From contig CAZRDX010000009.1 of assembly GCA_964599235.1 (NCBI GenBank), positions 24,396-88,395 of the forward strand: 64,000 nt of DNA. Direction: 5' to 3'. A model generated the notes under the pieces. The model was not told the origin of the DNA. It was given only the letters and a program-made list of their open reading frames with translations, and did not search any database. Positions 49,332 through 58,700 of the stretch are shown piece by piece. Position 1 is the first letter of the stretch, and every line of letters begins with the position of its first letter. Origin of the DNA: an uncultured Rikenellaceae bacterium (GTDB taxonomy: Bacteria > Bacteroidota > Bacteroidia > Bacteroidales > VadinHA17). The translations under genes were made by a program, and so were the position numbers.

Positions 49332-52300
49332 ATGAAAGAATCGGTCCTGAACGCTCTGATCCATCTTTTTGCCATCGTGGCAGCCGTCAACGATGAGCGT
49401 TTCAGCCGCGGCGGGCTGCGTATCGTCAGGTCTTTCCTTTCCCGGTGGGTGATGCATCACCAGCTGGAAACTTACCTCGACCTGCTTAAAAAATATCATG
49501 CGGACTACCGCCGTTCGCTCAAAAATGACCTCTCCCCCGACCGGCTGCACCGGTTCATCTCTTCCGAAGCCGGGAAGGTTTGCCATTCTGTGAACCACGA
49601 TCTGAAACGCGCCGAACGGCTCATCATTTTCCTCCGGTTGTATGTCTTTGTGAACGAGGATGGCGTGATCACTCAGGAGGAAAAACATTTTCTCGAGGTG
49701 GTGGCCAGGCATTTTTACATCTCCGACCATGATGCCGCCGCCATCGGTGATTTCGTCACGGGTAAATGGACCGCGGAACGCAGTTCTCACCATGTCCTGT
49801 TCTATCACCTGAACAGCGAGCGTTTTTACCGGCCGGAAGAACACCCCGACGGGACGGAAATGCTGGTCTTTCTCTACCTGGAAGACACCGATGTGCTGTT
49901 CGTCCGGTACGAAGGGAAACAACATCATTTGTCGGTCAACAAAAAACCTCTGCTGTCGGGGGACATTTACCTTTTTCTCGACGGTTCGGTGATCCGCAGT
50001 GAAAAGAAGGCTTTGGCGCCGGTGTACCGTTCCGATGTGGCTGCCACTTTTCAGCGCACCCGCATCCGTGAAACGATCCATTTTTACGGCAGGGATGTGG
50101 CCTATCGTTACCGGGCCAGTGAACTGGGTGTACAGCCTTTCACCTTCAGCGAGAGTGGGGGGACCCTTGTCGGCATCCTGGGGGGCAGCGGTTCGGGAAA
50201 GTCCACCCTTCTCACCCTCCTGAGCGGGAAAAGAAAACCTTCTTCCGGTCAGGTCTTTCTCAACGGTTACGACATCCACCGCAACAAACACCGTCTCAAA
50301 GGCCTCATCGGCTATGTCCCCCAGGACGATCTGCTCATAGAAGAGCTGACCGTATACCAGAACCTTCTTTACAATGCCCGGCTCAGCCTCGCCAATCTGT
50401 CCGAGAAAGAGCTGCGAAGGCGTGTGGACAAGGTTCTTCAGGAGCTTGATCTGTACTATGTCCGCGACCATCGTGTGGGGAACGCCCTGAACAACTTCAT
50501 CAGCGGAGGCCAGCGCAAAAGGCTCAACATCGCCCTGGAGCTGATCCGCGAACCGGCCGTCCTGCTGATGGACGAACCTACCACCGGCCTCTCTTCGGCC
50601 GACACCAAGAACATCATTGACCTGCTGAAAAAACTGAGCCTCAGCGGGAAACTGATCATCGCCACCATCCACCAGCCCTCCTCCGATATCTTCAAACGTT
50701 TCGACCGTATCTGGGTGCTCGACAAGAACGGATATCCCGCTTTCTCCGGGTACCCCGTCGACGGCATCGAATATTTCAAGAAGATCAGCACCCAGGTGGA
50801 CATCATCGAAACCGAATGCCCCGTATGCGGCAACATCAACCCCGACCAGATCCTTGAGATCATGGAGGCCCGGCTGGTGGACGAGGAGGGCCATCCCACC
50901 GAGCAGCGTAAGATCACCCCCCGGGAATGGTACGAACATTATCTCACCCGCATCAAACCCCGTATCCGTCTTCCGGAAAAGAAAGAAAAACTGCCGGGCA
51001 GCTCACTGGTCGTACCTTCCGACTTCAGGCAGTTCGTGATCTTCAGCTCCCGCAATTTCCTGCGGAAACTCTCCAACCGCCAGTACTGGATCATCAACAT
51101 CCTGGAGCCCCCGCTGCTGGCCTTTTTCCTGGCTTTTTTCCTGAAGTACCTCAGCGACGGGAGATACCTGTTCATTGACAACAAGAACATTCCCGTATAT
51201 CAGTTCATCTCGGTGATCGTGGCTCTCTTTCTGGGGCTGACGGTGAGCGCGGAGGAGATCTTCCGCGACCGCACCACCCTGGAACGGGAGTCGTTCCTTT
51301 TCCTGAGCCGTCCGGCCTATCTCAACTCCAAGATCGTCTTCCTGTTCCTCCTCTCCGCTTTCCAGACCTTCATCTTCGTGCTCATCGGCAACACCATCCT
51401 GGAAGTACGGGAGATGACCCTCTCCTACTGGATCGTCCTTTTCTCTGTCTCGGCCTTTGGCAACATGACGGGCCTGATCCTTTCCTCCTCGTTCGATTCG
51501 ATCATTGCCATCTACATCCTCATCCCTCTGATCATGGTGCCCGAGATCCTGTTCAGTGGCACGATGATACCGTACGACGACCTGAACGAACATCTCACCA
51601 ACAAGATGTACACGCCGCTGGTAGGCGACCTGATGGTCACCCGCTGGGCCTATGAGGCACTGGCCGTCACCCAGTTCCGGGACAACCGTTTCGAGCGGGA
51701 GTTTTTCGAGGCCGACCGGGACATCAGCAACAACTCCTACGGACACTCCTTTCTCATCCCGGAGATCCGCAACAGTGCCGTTTTCATTGCCCAGAACAAA
51801 GACATCGACTCTTTACGTGACCGGGTATGTCACCATCTGGGGCTGATACGCGACCAGTTCCGGCGGCTGGCTGAATATCATCATCTCCCTCCGTTTGAGT
51901 ACACCGACAAGCTCTATCTCGACTCGCTCAATGAAGAGTTCTACGACGATTTTGTCGGATATGTCGACTATCTTGACAGTCGTTTCCTCCAGAAGACCAA
52001 CGAGGCGATGGCCCGCAAGGACCACATCCTCGACAGCCTGGCGTTACAGCTCGGCAACGACGGCCTGCTCCGCCTCAAGCAACAGCATTATAACAACCGT
52101 CTGGCCGACTGGGTGCTCAACCGCAACTCCCTGAAGATGATCATCGAATATAAAGGCAAATGGATCAGAAAGAAAGATCCTGTGTTCATGGAACCGGAAA
52201 ACCGCTGGGGCAGAGCCCAGCTCTATTCCTCCACCAAGTTGCTTATGTTCCATTATTTTGATACCTATCTCTTCAACCTTTTCATCATTTCACTTTTCAT

Positions 52301-52367
52301 CGTTTTCCTCTATTTCATTCTCCTGTTCGACATTGTCAGAAAATTCCTCCGCCTGTTCCGCATTTAA
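49332..52367 (+). CDS. multidomain ABCG-type (ATPase-then-permease) ABC transporter with N-terminal TerB-like and FHA-like regions and a long C-terminal extension
   Basis: Walker A GGSGSGKST, signature ISGGQRKRLNIA, Walker B LLMDEPTTGLSS, followed by about 6 hydrophobic ABC-2-type segments. About 260 aa precede the ATPase and about 250 aa follow the permease, ending in one further TM helix. The TerB-like and FHA-like assignments are tentative. Confidence 0.8.
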   Translation: MKESVLNALIHLFAIVAAVNDERFSRGGLRIVRSFLSRWVMHHQLETYLDLLKKYHADYRRSLKNDLSPDRLHRFISSEAGKVCHSVNHDLKRAERLIIFLRLYVFVNEDGVITQEEKHFLEVVARHFYISDHDAAAIGDFVTGKWTAERSSHHVLFYHLNSERFYRPEEHPDGTEMLVFLYLEDTDVLFVRYEGKQHHLSVNKKPLLSGDIYLFLDGSVIRSEKKALAPVYRSDVAATFQRTRIRETIHFYGRDVAYRYRASELGVQPFTFSESGGTLVGILGGSGSGKSTLLTLLSGKRKPSSGQVFLNGYDIHRNKHRLKGLIGYVPQDDLLIEELTVYQNLLYNARLSLANLSEKELRRRVDKVLQELDLYYVRDHRVGNALNNFISGGQRKRLNIALELIREPAVLLMDEPTTGLSSADTKNIIDLLKKLSLSGKLIIATIHQPSSDIFKRFDRIWVLDKNGYPAFSGYPVDGIEYFKKISTQVDIIETECPVCGNINPDQILEIMEARLVDEEGHPTEQRKITPREWYEHYLTRIKPRIRLPEKKEKLPGSSLVVPSDFRQFVIFSSRNFLRKLSNRQYWIINILEPPLLAFFLAFFLKYLSDGRYLFIDNKNIPVYQFISVIVALFLGLTVSAEEIFRDRTTLERESFLFLSRPAYLNSKIVFLFLLSAFQTFIFVLIGNTILEVREMTLSYWIVLFSVSAFGNMTGLILSSSFDSIIAIYILIPLIMVPEILFSGTMIPYDDLNEHLTNKMYTPLVGDLMVTRWAYEALAVTQFRDNRFEREFFEADRDISNNSYGHSFLIPEIRNSAVFIAQNKDIDSLRDRVCHHLGLIRDQFRRLAEYHHLPPFEYTDKLYLDSLNEEFYDDFVGYVDYLDSRFLQKTNEAMARKDHILDSLALQLGNDGLLRLKQQHYNNRLADWVLNRNSLKMIIEYKGKWIRKKDPVFMEPENRWGRAQLYSSTKLLMFHYFDTYLFNLFIISLFIVFLYFILLFDIVRKFLRLFRI

Positions 52368-52418
52368 GCCACGGTTGTGTATCTTTGTAGAACAAGCTAA
52401 CCATAAAGCCGAAAAGAT

Positions 52419-53300
52419 ATGAATCCTGCCGATACATCCCCCGGAAAAAAGGGCATTGTCCCGATGGTGGTCCTGATCATCCTGCTGGCCGTGGCCCTGG
52501 GTTATCTGGTATATCAGTACCAGGACCAGCGCAACCGGATGGTGGAAATGGAAGAAGTGCTCACAGCCGAGAAGGATTCACTCGCCCATGAGCTGGAAAA
52601 TCTGATGTACAGGTACGACACCCTCAAGACCTCCAATGACAGCCTCAACCAACAGATCCTTCTGGAAAAGAAAAGGATCAAATACCTTCTTCAGCTGCAG
52701 GCTTCCAATGCCCAGAAGATCCGCCTTTACAAGCGTGAGATCAAGACATTGCGCGAGATCATGAAAAGTTACATCCGCCAGATCGATTCGCTCAATACAC
52801 GCAACAAGATGCTCGCGGAAGAGAACGTTCAGGTCAAAAGTCAGCTCTCCCAGGTAAAAAAGAGCAAGGAAAAACTTGAAAAGGAAAAAGAGGAGCTCTC
52901 CAGCAAGGTGCAGATCGCCTCGGTGATCATGGCCAAGAACATTGTGGTAACCCCGCTCAACAAAAAGGGCAAGGAAAAGAACAAAGTGAGCAAGATCGCC
53001 AAGTTGCGTGTATGTTTCACCCTTCGGGAGAATCCCATCGCCACCCCGGGCAACAAAATGGTTTACATGCGTATCCAGCGTCCCGACAGCATCATCCTTT
53101 CGGGACCCGAGGCCGAGGTCTTTTCCGTGGGCGACACCAAAATGGTCTGCTCGGCCAAGAGAGAGGTGGAATACCTCAACAAAGACCTCGACATGTGCAT
53201 CTACTGGGACAACGACGGCTCGCTCATTACCGGAAAATACACGGTTTATCTGTACCTGGAAGGTCATCTTATCGGAGAATCCTCGTTTTTGTTGAAATAA
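52419..53300 (+). CDS. membrane-anchored coiled-coil protein with C-terminal beta-rich domain, function unknown
   Basis: One N-terminal TM helix (IVPMVVLIILLAVALGYLVY), about 140 aa of heptad-like Lys/Glu/Leu-rich sequence, then a beta-type domain (KLRVCFTL...YTVYLYLEG). Confidence 0.65.
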   Translation: MNPADTSPGKKGIVPMVVLIILLAVALGYLVYQYQDQRNRMVEMEEVLTAEKDSLAHELENLMYRYDTLKTSNDSLNQQILLEKKRIKYLLQLQASNAQKIRLYKREIKTLREIMKSYIRQIDSLNTRNKMLAEENVQVKSQLSQVKKSKEKLEKEKEELSSKVQIASVIMAKNIVVTPLNKKGKEKNKVSKIAKLRVCFTLRENPIATPGNKMVYMRIQRPDSIILSGPEAEVFSVGDTKMVCSAKREVEYLNKDLDMCIYWDNDGSLITGKYTVYLYLEGHLIGESSFLLK

Positions 53301-53313
53301 AAAGAACGGAACC

Positions 53314-54615
53314 ATGCGAATAGGAATCATCATCGGCCGCATCGGAGGTGTCGACGGCGTCGCTCTCGAGACAGAAAAATGGATCGAGGTGCTCAAAAGG
53401 ATGGGCCACGAGATCTTCATCATCGCCGGACAATATGAGAACTGGGATTTCGATCCCGTACACAACACCCTCGTGGTCGAGATGTCCTTTTTCTCGCCTG
53501 AAAGCTATTGGGGACAGAAAAAAGCCTTTTTTCATCCGGACGCCAACATCGACGAATTGCTGGAGCATATCAACCTCTATTCCAACATCATCGCCGACAA
53601 GATCATCGACTGGGTCCATGAGAAGCAGCTGGATGTTCTGATCTCCGAGAATGCTTCGGCACTGCCGGCCCACCTGGAGATGGGGCGTGGTATCGCGATC
53701 GCCGTGGAAAAACTGGGTATTCCCACCATCACCCATGATCACGATTTCGCATGGGAAAGAGGAGACCGCTATGTCTCTCCCCATGAAGAGATCAACCGCA
53801 TCGTGGAAGAGACCTTCCCCCTGCGCCTGCCCAACTCCTTCCATGCCGTCATCAACACCCATGCCCAGAAGACACTGAAAGAGAAATTCGGCAGGGATTC
53901 CATCGTGGTACCCAATGTGATGGACTTCAACATGAAGTTCGGGGTTCCCGATGAACACAACAAGAACTTCCCCCGTGATCTGGGTATCGACCCCGACAGC
54001 AAGATGCTCTTCCAGGTCACCCGCATCGTACGCCGCAAGGGGATCGAGGTGGCCATCGAGCTGGTGCACCGCATCAACGATCCGAAGGTCAAACTCGTCA
54101 TCACGGGCGACTACAAGGACGACGAGGGGAGCAAATACTACAACGAACTGATCAACCTGATCCACAAACTGAAGGTGAGCGACCGGGTCTTTTTCGCTTC
54201 CCACCTCATCCACAACAAGGGGTTCACCGGCTCGGGCGACGGGAAATATTCCCTCTCCGACGCCTATGCCAACGCCACGGCCTGCACCTATTTCAGTACC
54301 TATGAAGGATTCGGTAACGCTTTCGTCGAAGCCGTACTGGCCAAACGTCCCATCTTCGTCAACAACTACAAACCTGTCTTCTGGCCCGATATCGGCAGCA
54401 AAGGGTTCCGCGTGGTGATGCTAGAAGACAACAACCTCACCGACGAAAAGGTGGAGGAGATGAAAGAGATCATCTACAACGAAAAACTCAACAAAGAGAT
54501 CGGGGAATACAATTTCGAACTTGGGAAAAAATACTTCTCTTACGAAGTGCTGGAAGAGAAACTCAACCAGCTTCTTGATATCGTCACGCACCTGCCGGGT
54601 GTGAAAAAGAAATGA
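53314..54615 (+). CDS. GT-B glycosyltransferase (GT4-like, EX7E motif)
   Basis: MRIGIIIGRIGGVDGVALETEKW..., GIPTITHDHDFAWERG, and the EX7E motif EGFGNAFVEA. It starts 13 nt after the coiled-coil gene and is paralogous to the N-terminal domain of the protein at 55761-59945. Confidence 0.75.
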   Translation: MRIGIIIGRIGGVDGVALETEKWIEVLKRMGHEIFIIAGQYENWDFDPVHNTLVVEMSFFSPESYWGQKKAFFHPDANIDELLEHINLYSNIIADKIIDWVHEKQLDVLISENASALPAHLEMGRGIAIAVEKLGIPTITHDHDFAWERGDRYVSPHEEINRIVEETFPLRLPNSFHAVINTHAQKTLKEKFGRDSIVVPNVMDFNMKFGVPDEHNKNFPRDLGIDPDSKMLFQVTRIVRRKGIEVAIELVHRINDPKVKLVITGDYKDDEGSKYYNELINLIHKLKVSDRVFFASHLIHNKGFTGSGDGKYSLSDAYANATACTYFSTYEGFGNAFVEAVLAKRPIFVNNYKPVFWPDIGSKGFRVVMLEDNNLTDEKVEEMKEIIYNEKLNKEIGEYNFELGKKYFSYEVLEEKLNQLLDIVTHLPGVKKK

Positions 54616-54624
54616 ACCGTCGTA

Positions 54625-55761
54625 TCATACGGCCATGCATTCCGAGATGATCGTGTCGGAAAGGAACATCCCTTCTCCGGTAAGGCGGTAGACGGTCCCC
54701 TTTCTTTCCACATGACCGGTCTTTATCCATTTTTCCAGGGTCCTGCGGGCAGGCTCCGTAATGACGGCTGGCCATTGTTCTTCCGCAGCGGCCATGTCGA
54801 TACCCCACATGGTGCGAAGACGTGTAAGAAGCAAATCATTGAAACGTATTCGCTCATCCGCCCGCTCTTTCTCATACGGAGGTTCTTCGCCTCTCTCTTT
54901 CGCCTTCAGATAACCTTCCAGATCGGCCAGGTTCCATCGTCTGGTGCTGCCGTCGTAGGAATGAGCCGAGGGTCCAAGCCCCAGGTATTTCCCTCCCTGC
55001 CAGTAGAGAAGGTTATGTTGCGAGAAGAAACCTTCGCGACCCAGGTTGGAGATCTCGTAGTGGACAAAGCCGTGTTCTTCGGACAGCTTCCTAAGAAGAC
55101 GGTACTGTTGCAGGACGGTTTCCTCCTGTGGCCGCATGATCCTACCCTGCTCCAGCCATTTACCAAAGACCGTCCTCTCCTCAAAGGTCAGCAGATAGGC
55201 AGAAAGATGCTGCACGGGCAACCCGAACATCTTCCGGAGATCCTCTTCCCACATCTCCGGTTCCAGACCCGGAATGCCATAGATCAGATCGGCGGTAATG
55301 TTCTTAAAGCCGGCATCTGCCGCTTCCCGGAGCACTTTCTCAGCCTTGGCCGCATCATGACGACGGTTCATCAGTCTCAACAAGTCATCCTGGAACGACT
55401 GCACCCCCACACTGAGACGGTTGAACCCGATCCTTAACAGTTCTTTCAGATATTCCCTGTTGAGGTCCTCCGGATTGGCTTCCAGGGTCACCTCGGCCTT
55501 TTCTTCGATATGAAAAAAGGAATGCAACAGATCGAGCAGGTGTTGCAGTTCCTCTTTTTTCAGTAATGAAGGGGTGCCTCCTCCGAAATAGATGGTGGTG
55601 AAACGTTCCTCTTTCCAATGGGGAGCTCTCACATGCACTTCATGTTCCAGTGCCTGGAGAAAAGCATCCTTCAGCCGCAGGTCTCGGCGTCGGTAAAAAT
55701 CACAATAATAACATATCCGCTTACAGAAAGGGATATGGAGGTAGATGCCGGCAGGGTTCAT
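54625..55761 (-). CDS. hemW: radical SAM heme chaperone HemW (coproporphyrinogen III oxidase-like)
   Basis: YLHIPFCKRICYYCDF contains the CxxxCxxC cluster motif; HemN-like core. Its ATG overlaps the upstream gene's TGA by 1 nt (TGATG). Confidence 0.88.
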   Translation of the reverse strand: MNPAGIYLHIPFCKRICYYCDFYRRRDLRLKDAFLQALEHEVHVRAPHWKEERFTTIYFGGGTPSLLKKEELQHLLDLLHSFFHIEEKAEVTLEANPEDLNREYLKELLRIGFNRLSVGVQSFQDDLLRLMNRRHDAAKAEKVLREAADAGFKNITADLIYGIPGLEPEMWEEDLRKMFGLPVQHLSAYLLTFEERTVFGKWLEQGRIMRPQEETVLQQYRLLRKLSEEHGFVHYEISNLGREGFFSQHNLLYWQGGKYLGLGPSAHSYDGSTRRWNLADLEGYLKAKERGEEPPYEKERADERIRFNDLLLTRLRTMWGIDMAAAEEQWPAVITEPARRTLEKWIKTGHVERKGTVYRLTGEGMFLSDTIISECMAV

Positions 55762-58700
55762 CAGCTTTCCTCTTCGAGATAGCCAACTACGGCATTGGCC
55801 ACGGCCCTGGGTTCGGGGGGCAGGGCATAGATGTTCTCCTCATACCGGTGGTTGTATGGAGAGATGTTGAGCACCTTGTCGCCCACCACCAGGGTGCTGC
55901 TGCCTCCCGGGTCGAAGCCCATTGCCTTGACAAGACCCTGTTCTTTCAGGATACGCGCCATGTCGAAATGGGTGGCCCCCACCGACTCGCGGATACGGCC
56001 ATTGACGGTGAGCACGCTGAGATTGCCCTGTGCATCGATGCCGGCGGCGATCTTGGGTCCGCGCATGTCGGTGAAATCGAGACGGGCAGCCTGCGTACGT
56101 ATAGAGTTCTTCGTCTTCCATCCCTCCACTTCCATGTCGATACAGACCTCTCCGTTGTCCACCAGCATCGGTCCGGCCTCCACGGCATGGACCACCTCTT
56201 CCAGTCCCGGCACCACAAGCTCCACCTCCTCCCCGATCGTAGCCAGCTCTTCGGGGAAAAGATCGGCAGGGAACGAGAGGGTAAGTCCTACCGGGATGAA
56301 CCGCAGTTCCTCCCCCGGATGGGTGCGGATCACGTCTTTGATCACGTTCCCTGCCAGACGCACGAAGACCCGTCCCTCTCCGTCGATCACCTCCACATCG
56401 TTCATCAGATCATAGAAGCAGGGTGCCTGGGGGTCCTTGCAACCGTTGCGATTGCCTGCATCAAAGCGGATTTCTTTTCCGTTCTTTCTCAGGACAAAGC
56501 CTTCCCGCACACTGACCCGTCGGATATCGAGTGTGCCGTCGCGGTGGATCAGCAGAGCCGGTTTGTTGAACAGTGGCGGACAAAGCATCCTCCCGTGCGA
56601 GATGAGCAGCCCCAGCGGCGAACCGATATACGACTCGGGAAGCCCCAGCTTGCCCACCAGCTCCGGGTTAAGGATGTAACCCCCGTTCCAGGCGATCTCC
56701 ACCTGTTTTTTCTCCTTCTGTTCGAATTCCCCGACAAAGTCGGTCACACGTTTCGTCCTGCCGGTGGAATAAAGCGTCTGGAACTGCCACTTCTTCCCCT
56801 TCGGTGCCGGGCGGGTGGTGGCCAGAGCTCCCGACCAGGGATATCCGTCGGCGTAGACGCCGCTGAGGAACCTGTAAGCGACCATGCCCTCTTCCTTGTC
56901 TTTCTTTTTGAGCATCTGCACCACATGCCGCAACGGCGAGCCGTTCTTCCGGGCATCTTCCTGAACCGCTTCAATGAACCTCTCCCACCCTATCTTTTCT
57001 ACCAACTCCTTCACTTCTTCGCTGTGAAGATATTCGTTGAACTGTGCCGCCGTCTGTACCGGCGTGGGATAAGAGAGTGTAGGCCTCACACCGGCAGGTA
57101 CGTACTGGATGAAACCGCTCTTCAGCGGGATGCCCAGGATATTGGCGATGAGCGGGTTCTCCGCCCTGCCAATGTGGATACGGTCGATCTCCACAATGTC
57201 GGTCATTACCGTGGCATTGAGCCGGTCGGTGATGAGCAGGCCCCGGGCCTCGCTCACACGACGCAGGATTTTCAGCGGCACCTTGCCCAGCTGAGCAAAA
57301 TGGATCCCCACCGTCCATTGGTTGGTGTTGACGAACTTCAACAGTCCGTGCTTGTACAACAGATACATTTCACGATCGGTAGCCCCCCGGATGTATTTCA
57401 CGATGGTCTCGGTAGAGACCCAGTTACTGATGGGATTGCTCTGCAGAAAGATATAGACCGGTGCGATCTTTACCTTGCTTCTGAGCAGACGTTTTTCCGT
57501 GAGCTCCTCCATGAGTTTCAGCCCCAGCCTCGAACGTATCGACTGCAAGGCAAAGAACTCCAACGCATAAAGGATCTGGGCACCGGGGAAAATGATGATG
57601 GGAACGTTCTCCTTCATCTTCCGCATCAGGATGTCCCTGTTGTCGATGCCCAGGTGATCACTTCCTGTCAGCTGGGCAATGGCCAGGTTCCAGTCGGTGA
57701 AAAACTGCGTGCTCGTATTGAGTTTCTCGCTGTACTTACGCTTCAGCAAATGCCGGTAAAGATAATTGACCAGCCCGGTGATCTCCTGGAAAGTATAGTC
57801 ACGGTAGGGATAATAATTCCTGTTACGATGACGGTATGCAAAAGAGTGGTCGTGACGGATCGATAATTCCCCCTTTCGGTAACGGAAGATGTTGTCCACG
57901 GCATTGAAGAAAAGGATCTTTTTTTCCAGGGGCAACTGGGCAGGATTTCTTTCGCAGATCTCCTTGGCAAATTCGAACACCATCCCTCGCGTGTTCTGTT
58001 CTTCCACACGGAAAGCACTGGGGTCAATGAGCGATTTCAGGTAGATCATGAACCCCAGCCTGCTGAAACCGGGGAGGTATTCCCGGTTGCGGGTGTCCAG
58101 GATCTTTTTCAGGTTCTCATCCTCAAAATCGAATGTTTTCCGATACTCCCGAAATGCCTGGCGCACCTTTTCCATGTTACTGCAGTTGCTCTGCTGCTGG
58201 TGGTAGACCATCTCGAGGATCTGGTACATATTGCGGTTGAGCGTATCCTGGCTGTATCTTTTCCTGACCACATTGCGGTTGTGCTCGAACTCTTCTGTGA
58301 AAAGGTGCGGGAAGAAGACACGCCGGATTATGGCCTCCACCTGCTTGTTGCTGATGGTCCTGCCATCGTATTCGATCACCTTCAGCCTGTCCGTCTCCGG
58401 AAGGTGTTCGCCGATCACTTCAGAATAGACATGTTCGGGATAGTATCGGCGACAGAAAATAGGTTTGCCCGCCGCTGCCGCCTCGATGATGGGCAAACCC
58501 CTCCCCTCGGTCTCACTGGGAAGCAACACAAGGGAAGAAATGTTGTACAGCTGGGGAATACCCACCGGATTACGGAAACGTTTCTTGAAGACCTCCTTGT
58601 CCAGTTCGCTGAAGAGAAAAGCCAAATAGACCCGGCTGCGGTACTCTTCCTGCAGTGAATCCAACAGGATCTGGAAACGTCTCAGCAGTTTCTTGAAATA

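Noticed and set aside
55650-57866. A 738-aa plus-strand ORF opposite the C-terminal half of the giant protein. Similar antisense ORFs lie at 49263-50939, 47455-48285, 48417-49250, 31562-32977 and 61989-63251.
   Set aside because: All lie antisense to genes with strong motif support (NAGPA-like domain, ABC ATPase, the lipoprotein paralogs, MetK, MORN repeats). None has features of its own.
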